DNA of 64,000 nt, taken from NCBI GenBank assembly GCA_965262775.1, contig CBDHFT010000005.1, positions 17,760-81,759 on the forward strand, written 5' to 3'. Positions 19,523 through 29,408 of this stretch are shown here, one piece after another. Position 1 is the stretch's first letter; each line of letters begins with the position of its first letter. Made by a program: the position numbers and the translations under genes. A model generated the notes under the pieces. The model had not been told where the DNA came from, searched no databases, and saw only the letters and a list, made by a program, of their open reading frames with translations. Source of the DNA: Alphaproteobacteria bacterium (lineage in GTDB: Bacteria; Pseudomonadota; Alphaproteobacteria; JASGCL01).

Positions 19523-20767
19523 TTATAATACGGCCTTGGTCAGGGCTTGATGCAGCAGCAGCATATCCCGCCAAGACGACTCATCCTTGCCGTGGTCTAA
19601 CCAACTTGAAAATTGGACAATCACGACATTATTTGTTTTATCTATCATTGTTTGTTGGCCAAATACCCCCGAGCAGGCAATGACCTTGGGTTCCAGACTC
19701 CTAATCCAAAAATAATTTTTGTAGCCACCATGTGGGCTGAGCTCGGGGTCTTTGTTATCAAATTTATAAGGCGCGGTATCGTAACATTCTGCCACCAAGT
19801 TGGCGGGCAGTAATTGTTTGCCGTTGATGAAGCCATCTTCCGCCATCATAACGCCAAATTTTAACATATCGCGAGCGCGGGCGCACATCCCGCCTGAGGC
19901 AAGGGCATAACCCACGGGGTCGACGGTGATATAGGCATCGGCCTCGGCCCCCATCGGTCGCCAAAAAAAGCTAGAAATCAAATCGGCCAGCTTGGCCCCC
20001 GTTAATTTTTCTATGCAATGGCCAACTACATCAGTCTCCAGGCAACGATACACCATCCTTTCTCCATGGGGGAAAACTGTATTTTTAAATGTCTGAGCGA
20101 AGGAAAAACTATCTGGACAAATATTGGGTTTGTTGGGCATGGGTTTCCAGCCATTGGCAACATCCAATAAATAGCAGTCGCCTTCTAAAGGGGTATCGAA
20201 ATATGTTTCTTTAAAATCTATGCCCGTGCGCATATCCATCGCCTGTTGCACCGTGGCCCCCGCGTAACCCGTGTTTTTTAATTCGGGTAAAATATTTTCT
20301 ATAAGCGTATCGGGTTTTAGTATTTTCTCATGTTTTAATTTTTGTGCCACCGCCCCAACCACCGATTTCGTCATCGATTGCATCAGGTGGCAACTGGTTG
20401 GTTTGGTAAAGGCAAAATATTTTTCATAAACAATTTTACCCTTGTGATACATGACCAAGGCATCGGTGTGACTTGCTTCCATATATTCCTTAACGGAAAT
20501 ATTTTTATTTTGACTATTGGTAAAAGAAACATGGTCCAATGATTGATAATTGTTATCAAAAAATAAAGCATTTTTTTCATCGCGCGCAATAATCGCCGAC
20601 GGTATGAATTCATTGCAATGATTAAATGCCCACCGATTATAAGGGGGCGAATCCCAATTTTGTAAATTAACTTGCCATTCTTGAGGAATGGGTTTGCCCG
20701 CCATAATGGGGGGTTGGGGTTGATTGTTGGCGTAGCCTAACTTTGTTTGATTATCGTTTTTATTCAT
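19523..20767 (-). CDS. serine hydrolase of the class C beta-lactamase/esterase superfamily, apparently cytoplasmic
   Basis: An SxxK motif (SMTKS) sits about 130 aa from the N-terminus. The protein is about 410 aa. I see no signal peptide. Confidence 0.65.
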   Translation of the reverse strand: MNKNDNQTKLGYANNQPQPPIMAGKPIPQEWQVNLQNWDSPPYNRWAFNHCNEFIPSAIIARDEKNALFFDNNYQSLDHVSFTNSQNKNISVKEYMEASHTDALVMYHKGKIVYEKYFAFTKPTSCHLMQSMTKSVVGAVAQKLKHEKILKPDTLIENILPELKNTGYAGATVQQAMDMRTGIDFKETYFDTPLEGDCYLLDVANGWKPMPNKPNICPDSFSFAQTFKNTVFPHGERMVYRCLETDVVGHCIEKLTGAKLADLISSFFWRPMGAEADAYITVDPVGYALASGGMCARARDMLKFGVMMAEDGFINGKQLLPANLVAECYDTAPYKFDNKDPELSPHGGYKNYFWIRSLEPKVIACSGVFGQQTMIDKTNNVVIVQFSSWLDHGKDESSWRDMLLLHQALTKAVL

Positions 20768-20933
20768 AGATCGATTTTTTAATTTGTAGGTTTCAATAAA
20801 TTGATGAATAGATTGTTATATATCAGGTTGAGCGGAATCTAACATTATACTAATATTATGCAAGCAAAATCTTTCATGAAAAATAAAATATTTAAACATT
20901 GTTTTTCTTAAAAAAAAATGTTAGCAGAAAAAA

Positions 20934-22088
20934 ATGATTAGTGAAAAGCAAAAAAAGTTCTTATTAAGAAATGAAAAATTACCTACCCCGTTTCAGGTCA
21001 TAGACCTTGAGCAAGTCGCCAGTCAGTATCAAAAATTTTGTGATTATTTACCCTTCGCCAAGGTTTATTATGCGGTGAAAGCCAATCCGACCGACGCTGT
21101 TATCAAAAATCTTATCGGCCTGGGAAGTTTTTTTGATACCGCCTCGATAGAGGAAATAGAACAAGTGTTGTCTTTGGGGGCCGATGTTACAAAATTATCT
21201 TACGGTTCGACCATCAAAAAATCATCGGCCATCCATTCTGCACTTGAAAAAGGCGTGCGATTATTTGCGGTCGATTGCGACATGGAATTAAAAAAAATTG
21301 CCGACGAAGCAAAATCCTTGAAAATAACCGATGCAGGGGTTTATTGTCGTATTTTGCATGATGGGCGCGATTCGGGTTATCCCTTAAATCATAAATTTGG
21401 CACCACGCCAAGCGAAGCAGTTGATATTTTGCTCAAGGCAAAATCCTTGGGCTTAACGCCACGCGGTGTTTCGTTCCATGTTGGCTCCCAGGCCAAAAAA
21501 TCCGCGCCCTGGCTTGCCGCCCTGCAAGAAGTTAAAAATATATTTGATGCCCTGGCAGAAAAGGGAATTACGTTGAACCTTATCAATTTGGGTGGCGGTT
21601 TTCCTGCCACCTATCGCAACAGCGAAGATGTGGAATCGTTAGAAAAAATTGGTTCTGATATTGGCGAAGCAATCAAAAAATTATTTGCTGGCCAAAAAAT
21701 CGATTACCTTATCGAGCCAGGACGCGGTTTGGTGTCCGAAGCCGCGATATCGGTTACCGAAGTTATTTTAAAAAGTCATAAGAAAGAAAGTGGCGAATGG
21801 TTGTATATCGACCTTGGCGTTTATAACGGATTGTTTGAAGCCATTGACCCCACTATCCAACATACTATTATCCCCCTTCAACCAACCAGTGGCCCCACCC
21901 AACCCATGATATTGGCAGGGCCCACTTGCGATAGCTGGGACACCCTATATGCCAAAAAAACATACGACCTGCCCCAGGACACCAAGGCGGGGGATAGATT
22001 GGTTTTGCTTAATACAGGCTCTTACAGCGGTAGCATGGCATCGCTAAATTTTAATGGCTTTCAACCCATCGCCATTTATACCATCTAA
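20934..22088 (+). CDS. ornithine (or lysine/ornithine) decarboxylase, PLP-dependent fold III
   Basis: The PLP-lysine motif YAVKANP, a GGGFP glycine loop and a CDSWD substrate motif match eukaryotic-type ODC/DapDC. Confidence 0.75.
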   Translation: MISEKQKKFLLRNEKLPTPFQVIDLEQVASQYQKFCDYLPFAKVYYAVKANPTDAVIKNLIGLGSFFDTASIEEIEQVLSLGADVTKLSYGSTIKKSSAIHSALEKGVRLFAVDCDMELKKIADEAKSLKITDAGVYCRILHDGRDSGYPLNHKFGTTPSEAVDILLKAKSLGLTPRGVSFHVGSQAKKSAPWLAALQEVKNIFDALAEKGITLNLINLGGGFPATYRNSEDVESLEKIGSDIGEAIKKLFAGQKIDYLIEPGRGLVSEAAISVTEVILKSHKKESGEWLYIDLGVYNGLFEAIDPTIQHTIIPLQPTSGPTQPMILAGPTCDSWDTLYAKKTYDLPQDTKAGDRLVLLNTGSYSGSMASLNFNGFQPIAIYTI

Positions 22089-23017
22089 TTTCCTACATCA
22101 AATCCAAACGGTGCCATTTCTTTTTTGTTGCGCCAATCGGGCGTTAAGCGGATAAATATTTTTAAGAAAACTTTCTGCTCAAACACTTCTTCCATTTCTA
22201 ACCTGGCGCGGCTGGCGATGGCTTTAAGATTCTGCCCACCGCGCCCCAATATCATCGGACGATGATTTTCTTTTTCAATGTGGATGGTTTGATAAATATG
22301 CAAAGTTTCTTTCTTGGTTTTGTCATTTTTTTGTAACGTCCATTTTTCGGTTTCAACCCCCAAACGATAGGGTAATTCTTGATGCAGGTAGTGAAACAAT
22401 TGCTCGCGTAAAATTTCTGCCGCAAACAAACGGTCGGGCAAATCGCTGGCGGTTTCGCTATCATATCCCCATTCGCCTTGCGGCAACATGGTTAACAACA
22501 ATTGCAGTAGATCCTCGGTGCCATCTTTTTTTAATGCCGATATCATCATCACCTTTTGCACCGCTGGCTGTTCTGTAAGGTAATTTGCCAATGTAAGCAA
22601 TTTTTCTTTTTTAACTTTATCAATTTTATTGATAACGGCTATGACCTGCTGGTTCAATTTTGCAAAGTTTTTTAAAATATATTCAACATTGGGGGTGATG
22701 CCGCTATCGGCCGCCACCAAAAACACCGCGCCATCAACCTTATCCAACGCTTGCCACGCCGCCTTCACCATCTGCTTATCAAAATTATCTTGGCTACCGC
22801 TGGTGTTAAAAACCCCAGGGGTATCTATCATGGCCATTTGCGAATTATCGCGTTCGATAATGGCGGTTAGGCGGAATCGCGTGGTTTGCGCTTTTTTGCT
22901 GACAATCGAAACTTTTTGCCCCGTCAACACATTAACCAGCGTTGATTTGCCAGCGTTCGGCGCGCCCAACAGCGCGACGACCCCAAATTTTTTGGCTTCG
23001 GGCGTTATAGTCATCAC
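22085..23017 (-). CDS. era: GTPase Era
   Basis: G-domain with GAPNAGKST, DTPG and NKID. A C-terminal KH domain is present. 310 aa. Confidence 0.9.
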   Translation of the reverse strand: MMTITPEAKKFGVVALLGAPNAGKSTLVNVLTGQKVSIVSKKAQTTRFRLTAIIERDNSQMAMIDTPGVFNTSGSQDNFDKQMVKAAWQALDKVDGAVFLVAADSGITPNVEYILKNFAKLNQQVIAVINKIDKVKKEKLLTLANYLTEQPAVQKVMMISALKKDGTEDLLQLLLTMLPQGEWGYDSETASDLPDRLFAAEILREQLFHYLHQELPYRLGVETEKWTLQKNDKTKKETLHIYQTIHIEKENHRPMILGRGGQNLKAIASRARLEMEEVFEQKVFLKIFIRLTPDWRNKKEMAPFGFDVGN

Positions 23018-23718
23018 AATCGCATTTTCTTTATTTTGGCAATGGCTTCGGCCGCCGCTTTGCTCATGGCTAATTTTTTGCTGGTGGCCGATGCCCGAAC
23101 CAAACCAACGGCTTCCATCCCCATGTTTAATTCAACGGTGAATATTGGTTCGTGGTCGTGACCGTCGGTGCCCACCACTTCATAAATTGGTGCTGGCAAT
23201 TTGCGCGCCTGCAACCATTCTTGCAATTGGCCACGCGGGTTGTCTAATCCATCGTCTGGTTGGCTAAAGAAATCTTGCCAATGTTTTTTAACGAAGGCTT
23301 GCACCGCTTCTAACCCTTTCGTCAAAAACAACACCGCCAAAAACGATTCCAAACTATTCGCCATGGCCGAATCCATGGCGCGGGTATCCAACCGTTTTGT
23401 TCCATCCTTCCCAATGCCCGTTATTAAAAGATGTTCAAATTGTAATTTTTTTGCCACCAGCAAGAGGGTGGGTTTTGAAACCAACCGCGCCGAGGCGACC
23501 GACAGATCACCTTCCTGGTAATGGGGATAATATTCATGAAGCCAATGAGCCATGGTTATAGCTAACACCCTATCACCCAAAAATTCCAGTCTTTCATAAT
23601 TTTTTTGTCCTTTTAAGCTAGGGTGCGTAAAGGCTTCCCGCAAAAGCAGCTCTTCACTTTTATCAAATGCTACTTCGGTTAAATAGTTAATACGCTCTAA
23701 AAAATCTTTATCTTGCAT
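23014..23718 (-). CDS. rnc: ribonuclease III
   Basis: The RNase III signature ERLEFLGD is present. A C-terminal dsRBD is recognisable. The gene overlaps era by 4 nt, as in the conserved rnc-era operon. Confidence 0.9.
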   Translation of the reverse strand: MQDKDFLERINYLTEVAFDKSEELLLREAFTHPSLKGQKNYERLEFLGDRVLAITMAHWLHEYYPHYQEGDLSVASARLVSKPTLLLVAKKLQFEHLLITGIGKDGTKRLDTRAMDSAMANSLESFLAVLFLTKGLEAVQAFVKKHWQDFFSQPDDGLDNPRGQLQEWLQARKLPAPIYEVVGTDGHDHEPIFTVELNMGMEAVGLVRASATSKKLAMSKAAAEAIAKIKKMRL

Positions 23719-23773
23719 TGGATGGATGGGTTGGTGGTTTCATGACGTCCTGGTTTCGCGGCGGACTAATTCA

Positions 23774-24607
23774 TCAAGGATAGAAAAAGAATCGATCCCA
23801 ACGCAACGACCAACCAAGCTTGCTTTGCTTGTCGCTCTTGTTGGTGGAAAAAAGAACCAAAGCAACGCGACCTATGATATTTTCGCGTGGAATAAAACCA
23901 ACGCCAAATGGCGCCGCAACCCGACTATCCATCGAATTATCGCGGTTATCCCCCATGCCAAAATAATGACCAGCGGGCACGACATAGGATGCCGTGTTAT
24001 CCAAATCGCCTTGGTTGCCATTCAATTCAAGAATTTTATAGGTTTTTGTTCTATCCTCATGATGCGGTTGTCGCGCGACAGTTTCGTTAAACATGGCAAC
24101 GGGCATGTTGTTGTTATCATCCATGATATAATCTTTCGTTTGTTTTTTGCCTAACATTTTACCATTGATATAAAGCATACCATTTTTTACTTGGAGTGTA
24201 TCGCCTGGCAAACCGACGATGCGTTTTACGTAACTTTCACTGGGGTTGGGCGGGTAACGAAAAACCACAATATCGCCACGTTGAATCTCTGCCCCCAATA
24301 TGCGACCACGAAAATCAAGCGGTTGCAGGGGGAAGCTATATTTACCATAACCGTAACTCATTTTATTGACCAAAATATAATCGCCAACCAGCAAATTGGG
24401 AACCATCGACGAAGAAGGAATAATAAATGGTTCCAAAAAAAGAGCGCGAAAAGCCATTACCAATACAAAAATTTCAGCAAAGAAAAAAGCCAGGTCGTAG
24501 TCCTCTTCTGCTTTTTTTGAGAAAAAACCGTGTCCCCGAAAACGACGAAGCGCGTAATCTATCGCAACCAACACCAACAAAAGATAAATTATTATTGACC
24601 AACGCAT
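23774..24607 (-). CDS. lepB: signal peptidase I
   Basis: An N-terminal TM helix. S26 peptidase boxes are present: SMVPNL (catalytic Ser), GDNRDNSMDSR and a VKRIVG-type motif. Confidence 0.85.
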   Translation of the reverse strand: MRWSIIIYLLLVLVAIDYALRRFRGHGFFSKKAEEDYDLAFFFAEIFVLVMAFRALFLEPFIIPSSSMVPNLLVGDYILVNKMSYGYGKYSFPLQPLDFRGRILGAEIQRGDIVVFRYPPNPSESYVKRIVGLPGDTLQVKNGMLYINGKMLGKKQTKDYIMDDNNNMPVAMFNETVARQPHHEDRTKTYKILELNGNQGDLDNTASYVVPAGHYFGMGDNRDNSMDSRVAAPFGVGFIPRENIIGRVALVLFSTNKSDKQSKLGWSLRWDRFFFYP

Positions 24608-24669
24608 TTTTTTTTATATTCTTTTTTATAAGTCTGATGAAGTTGTGGCAGGTTTCTTATTTTTTGGCT

Positions 24670-25785
24670 TTATTGCTCTTCTAACTGGGTTAAAAAACTT
24701 GCTAGTCGCTCTTCTTTATCAGTTTTTATTAGCGGGTCTATGACTTCATCAAGCGCCGAACCATCCATGATTTCCATCAATTTGTAAAGTGTTAATTTTA
24801 TTCTATGGTCTGATACACGCCCTTCTGGAAAGTTGTAAGTCCTTATTTTTTCTGCTCTTTCGCCCGACCCAACCATCAAACGGCGTGCCGCGGTGCGCTT
24901 TTTCATCTCTTCTTCGCGCTGGTGTTCGAACAACCTTGCCCGCAGCAACCTCATGGCTTGGGCGCGATTTTTATGCTGGGATTTTTCAGTCTGGCAAGCG
25001 ACCGCCACGCCCGATGGCAAATGGGTAATCCTGACCGCGGAATCGGTGGTGTTGACATGTTGTCCGCCCGCCCCCTGCGACCTGTAGGTATCAACCCGCA
25101 AATCTTCGGGGCTAATGACAATCTCAACCTCTTCTGGTTCGGGAAGGATAGCCACCGTCGCGGTTGAGGTATGAACCCGCCCCGCATTTTCGGTCACGGG
25201 CACCCGTTGCACGCGATGCACCCCGCCTTCAAATTTCATACGTTCATAAATCCCCTCCCCCTTTATGGATGCCGAACCAGTCGCTATACCGCCCAAATCA
25301 TTTTCGCTAATATCGATTGTTTCAAATCGCCAACCTTTTTTTTCTGCGTAGCGACGATACATGGCAAGCAAATGACCAGCGAACAAGGCTGCCTCCAACC
25401 CGCCCGTTCCTGCCCTTACCTCGACAATCAGCGAATCAATTTTGTCATCACCATCGCTGGGCATGATTTCCAATTCCAATTCATGGCGTAAAATGGGCAA
25501 TTGTTCTAACAGCGTGCTTTTTTCTTGCTCGACCTCGGCTTTCATCTCGCTATCCAGGGTTTTATCCGCCAACATGTCATCACAATCGTGGAGGGATTTT
25601 ACCATCTTAAGATATTTCTCCATATCGGGAACTATTTTGGACAAGGATGATAATTCCTTGGCGAGGCCGCCCATGCCCTTGAAGCCCGTGGTATCCCCCT
25701 TCACCATTTTATCTTGCAATTCTTGATAATAAGCTAATCGTTGTCGGATGTAATTATCAAGTGCATTATTTTCTTTTGTCATCAC
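24670..25785 (-). CDS. prfA: peptide chain release factor 1 (intact, no programmed frameshift)
   Basis: GGQ motif (SQGAGGQHVNTTDSAVRITH). The codon-recognition tripeptide is a PVT (PxT) type (QRVPVTE), not the SPF of RF2. Confidence 0.85.
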   Translation of the reverse strand: MMTKENNALDNYIRQRLAYYQELQDKMVKGDTTGFKGMGGLAKELSSLSKIVPDMEKYLKMVKSLHDCDDMLADKTLDSEMKAEVEQEKSTLLEQLPILRHELELEIMPSDGDDKIDSLIVEVRAGTGGLEAALFAGHLLAMYRRYAEKKGWRFETIDISENDLGGIATGSASIKGEGIYERMKFEGGVHRVQRVPVTENAGRVHTSTATVAILPEPEEVEIVISPEDLRVDTYRSQGAGGQHVNTTDSAVRITHLPSGVAVACQTEKSQHKNRAQAMRLLRARLFEHQREEEMKKRTAARRLMVGSGERAEKIRTYNFPEGRVSDHRIKLTLYKLMEIMDGSALDEVIDPLIKTDKEERLASFLTQLEEQ

Positions 25786-25797
25786 TGCTTTCTTTCA

Positions 25798-27057
25798 TTA
25801 AGTATTTTTAATTGCAAGCGCCCTATCTACCATAGCATCGTATGATAATAAAGTTTGCTCGCCAGTTTGTAAATCTTTCCATTGATATTGCTTATTGGCT
25901 AGTTCTTCCTCGCCAACAATAATAGCCACCTGCGCACCCAATTTGTTGGCACGCGATAGCGACTTTTTCAAATTATCGCTCAACCCCATGTCGATGCGTA
26001 TGCCCGCCGCGCGTAATTTTTCCGCCAGGCCTAAAATGCCTTGCTGCGCGGTTGCGCCGACAGGGCAAAGAAAAAATAACGGTAAGTCGCGCGTCCTATC
26101 GGCGGGCAGCAACGCCATCAATCGTTCCAGCCCTGCTGCGAACCCTACCCCGACAACCCCCTTCGCGCCAAACATGGCGGGCAAATCGTCATAACGCCCA
26201 CCCGCCAATATGGTTCCCTGGGCCCCAAGGTTTTCGGTAATGAATTCAAAAGCCGTGTGGCAATAATAATCCAACCCCCGCACAAGTTTCGGGTTATGAA
26301 CAAAGGGAATTTTTAAATCGGTTAAAATGGTTTGCAAGGCAACGAATTTTTCTTTTGATTCTGTATCATAATAATCAACCATGGCTGGAGCAGACAGCAA
26401 TAGTTTTTTATCGCCCTCATCTTTTGAATCCAAAATACGCAGGGGGTTTTCTGTCAAGCGCATTTGTGAATCGGCCGATAGGTCGTTTTTATAGGGGGTA
26501 AAATAATCAACCAAGGCCTTGCGGTAATTGTTGCGCGACGTCGTATTGCCCAACGAATTAATTTCTAATCTTATCTCGCCGATATTGAGGCTTAATAAAA
26601 ATTGATAGGCCAAGGATATTACCTCGGCATCGATCCGCGCCGTTTCTTCATCGGCGGCATGCAGGTATTCTACGCCAAATTGATGAAATTGGCGGTAGCG
26701 ACCTTTTTGCGGGCGTTCATAACGAAACATGGGGCCATAATAAAAAAATTTGCTGGGTAGTTGCTGTTGCAAACCATTCTCGACAAATGCCCTCATCACC
26801 CCCGCGGTATTTTCGGGGCGCAGGCATATTTTATCGCCGCCGCGGTCTTCAAAGACAAACATTTCTTTATGAATAATATCAGAAGCCTGGCCCAGGGCTT
26901 CTGTAAATACCCCCGCCGATTCGATAACGGGGGTGATTATTTCTTGATAATTATAACGCATTGCCATATTGCGCGCTTGGCTCTGCAAATAAAAAATTTT
27001 TTTAGCTTCATCGCCTATAAAATCTTTTGTGCCGCGAACGGATTGTATCTTAACCAT
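25798..27057 (-). CDS. hisS: histidine--tRNA ligase
   Basis: Class II HisRS motifs are present (FRYERPQKGRYRQFHQ, GGRYDDL). The anticodon-binding domain is recognisable. Confidence 0.9.
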   Translation of the reverse strand: MVKIQSVRGTKDFIGDEAKKIFYLQSQARNMAMRYNYQEIITPVIESAGVFTEALGQASDIIHKEMFVFEDRGGDKICLRPENTAGVMRAFVENGLQQQLPSKFFYYGPMFRYERPQKGRYRQFHQFGVEYLHAADEETARIDAEVISLAYQFLLSLNIGEIRLEINSLGNTTSRNNYRKALVDYFTPYKNDLSADSQMRLTENPLRILDSKDEGDKKLLLSAPAMVDYYDTESKEKFVALQTILTDLKIPFVHNPKLVRGLDYYCHTAFEFITENLGAQGTILAGGRYDDLPAMFGAKGVVGVGFAAGLERLMALLPADRTRDLPLFFLCPVGATAQQGILGLAEKLRAAGIRIDMGLSDNLKKSLSRANKLGAQVAIIVGEEELANKQYQWKDLQTGEQTLLSYDAMVDRALAIKNT

Positions 27058-27079
27058 GGTGACGTATCATCGTTGTATG

Positions 27080-28297
27080 TTAGTGGCGCGGCAAATGGGT
27101 TGTGGCATTGGTTTTGCCCGACTGCGGGGCGGGCGATTTATCTACTGAGCTATTTACTGAGCTATTATGGCGCGCCGCCAATTTTTCTTCCACCAAGCCA
27201 ACCAAATAATCAACGATGTTATCTTGTTGAAAACGATGGGCGGGAATACCCCCCAAATAAATTTGATGGGTCGCCAAGCCCGATGCCCCCTTGCCGCCGC
27301 CTGTGAATCCTATATCGGTTTCGCGGGCTTCGCCTGGGCCATTCACCACGCATCCTATCACCGATAGGGTGATTTCCTCTTTGATATGCGATAATCTTTT
27401 TTCCAATTCGGTAACGATTTTGATGACATCAAATTGCTGCCTGGCGCAACTGGGGCAGGAAATTATTTTTACGCCACGGCTTCTTATCCCAAGCGATTTT
27501 AACATTTCGAATCCTACCTTCACTTCCTCGGTTATATCGGCTGACAAGGACACGCGAATGGTGTCGCCAATCCCCGCCCAAAGCAACGACCCGATGCCAA
27601 TCGCCGAGCGCACCGAACCGCTTAGCAAACCGCCCGCTTCGGTAATGCCCAAATGCAACGGGCAATCTATCCTATCCGCCAATTGTTGATAGGCCGCCAC
27701 CGCCAAAAAAATATCCGATGCCTTGACCGATATTTTGAATTCATGGAAATCCAAATCTTGTAAAATTTTGGCATGATGCAATGCCGATTCCACCAAAGCC
27801 TCGGGGCACGGCTCCCCATATTTTTCTAGGAGGTTTTTTTCCAACGACCCGCCATTAACCCCTATCCTCATCGAACAACCATAATCCTTGGCGGCCTTCA
27901 CCACTTCTTGAACCCTATCCAAAGAACCAATATTGCCTGGGTTTATGCGTAGGCAAGCCGCGCCATTTTTTGCGGCCTCAATACCGCGGCGGTAATGAAA
28001 ATGAATATCCGCAACAATGGGCACGGGTGAATATTTGGTGATTTCTTTTAGGGCCGCGCTTGATGCTTCATCAGGGCAAGAAACCCTAACAATATCTGCC
28101 CCCGCTTCGCTGGCCCTTTCAATCTGCTGTAATGTTCCCTTGATGTCGGTGGTAAGGCTGTTGGTCATGGTTTGCACGGCGATGGGTGCGGTGCCGCCAA
28201 CCATGACATTGCCAACCTTAATGGTGCGACATTTGCGTCTGATAATAGTTCGAAAAGGGCGGTGATTCTGCATAAGATACCCCCTTTTATATGCCAT
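27080..28297 (-). CDS. ispG: 4-hydroxy-3-methylbut-2-enyl diphosphate synthase
   Basis: GcpE TIM-barrel motifs ([16 protein letters not shown]). The C-terminal Fe-S cluster cysteines are CPSC plus a downstream C. Confidence 0.9.
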   Translation of the reverse strand: MAYKRGYLMQNHRPFRTIIRRKCRTIKVGNVMVGGTAPIAVQTMTNSLTTDIKGTLQQIERASEAGADIVRVSCPDEASSAALKEITKYSPVPIVADIHFHYRRGIEAAKNGAACLRINPGNIGSLDRVQEVVKAAKDYGCSMRIGVNGGSLEKNLLEKYGEPCPEALVESALHHAKILQDLDFHEFKISVKASDIFLAVAAYQQLADRIDCPLHLGITEAGGLLSGSVRSAIGIGSLLWAGIGDTIRVSLSADITEEVKVGFEMLKSLGIRSRGVKIISCPSCARQQFDVIKIVTELEKRLSHIKEEITLSVIGCVVNGPGEARETDIGFTGGGKGASGLATHQIYLGGIPAHRFQQDNIVDYLVGLVEEKLAARHNSSVNSSVDKSPAPQSGKTNATTHLPRH

Positions 28298-28336
28298 TTT
28301 TACAGCAAAATTGCAAATTCTTGGCGGGTTTGATTT

Positions 28337-29365
28337 TTATTTACGCAATGCAGTCCTATTGACGACGCGCCATAGCAAATTAAAAAAATTTTCTTCCATC
28401 ATCACACGGCGTTTGTTTTCTGCAATGGCTTTGCTATTTTTTTCATAGGCCCCCGATGCGATGGTTTGTTTGATAATTTTGATTGCCGCGGCGGGTTTAG
28501 AAATATCCAGTGCCATAATCGAACCCGTATCAAAATAATCACCGATATTCGGCGCGCCCGCGTAAAAAACAAAACATTCGGCCAACAATGGGTCGGCCAA
28601 TTTTTCGGTCCAATAATCGGCAATCAGGGAATTTTCCAAAGCAACATGATATTTGTATTTTTCTAACCCCATGGCCTTATCGACGATAAAATTTCTTTTG
28701 CTGCCAAAAACATCCATGCTGTTGATTAATTCCGCGTCCGCCGCCAAAGCATCAACAAACTTGATGCGTTTTTTTTGTTGCGCCGTCATATGTTGACGCG
28801 AAGCTATCACCGATAAAACCTTGGTTTTCTTGGGTGACGCCAACAAACCTTGCCATGTTTTGTTAATAACCCGTTTGGCCGATTTTTGTTTCGATTGCGC
28901 AAAACCATACCACCATTCTAATCCGCCATGGGTTTGCAACCAATCACCACCCTGATACCATCTTGGCCTTGGGTATTGTGCGACCACGGTGCCAAATTGC
29001 GATAAAAATTTTTTGCTGTAAATGACGCGCGCAAAGGGCAATGTCATGGGTTCGGTTTGAATATGGATTTTTTGCGCCCGCGGATGGTCAATCAATTTGG
29101 TTGGAAAGGGTATCGATAATTTTTTGGCAAGGCTATGCCAAAAAGTTTTTTTATAGGGAGGGTAATGCCACACCACCACCCTATCATCGGGCAAAATTTT
29201 TTGATTAAAAACAACCCGCAGGTTTTTCCATATAACCGCCGATTGCTTTCGCGCGGGTGACTGGCGACTTAGAACATAGGCACTCGCCACATGCTGGGTA
29301 AGGACATTGACTCTGATGAACCCCTTGCTTGCGCCCCTGCCCCGTTCTCTCGGTTGTTTTTTCAT
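28337..29365 (-). CDS. glycosyltransferase family 10-like (alpha-1,3-fucosyltransferase-type)
   Basis: KYKYHVALENSLIADYWTEKL matches the GT10 alpha-1,3-FucT signature (YKFxLAFENS...Y[VI]TEK). I see no signal peptide or TM segment. Confidence 0.55.
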   Translation of the reverse strand: MKKQPRERGRGASKGFIRVNVLTQHVASAYVLSRQSPARKQSAVIWKNLRVVFNQKILPDDRVVVWHYPPYKKTFWHSLAKKLSIPFPTKLIDHPRAQKIHIQTEPMTLPFARVIYSKKFLSQFGTVVAQYPRPRWYQGGDWLQTHGGLEWWYGFAQSKQKSAKRVINKTWQGLLASPKKTKVLSVIASRQHMTAQQKKRIKFVDALAADAELINSMDVFGSKRNFIVDKAMGLEKYKYHVALENSLIADYWTEKLADPLLAECFVFYAGAPNIGDYFDTGSIMALDISKPAAAIKIIKQTIASGAYEKNSKAIAENKRRVMMEENFFNLLWRVVNRTALRK

Positions 29366-29408
29366 GCTTTATCTTTTATAGATTTTAAACAAGATTACAA
29401 GAATTTTT

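Noticed and set aside
24670-25785. Possible programmed +1 frameshift in the release-factor gene.
   Set aside because: The gene is RF1 (PVT/PxT tripeptide, no SPF) and reads as a single intact 371-aa ORF. Programmed frameshifting is a property of prfB, not prfA.
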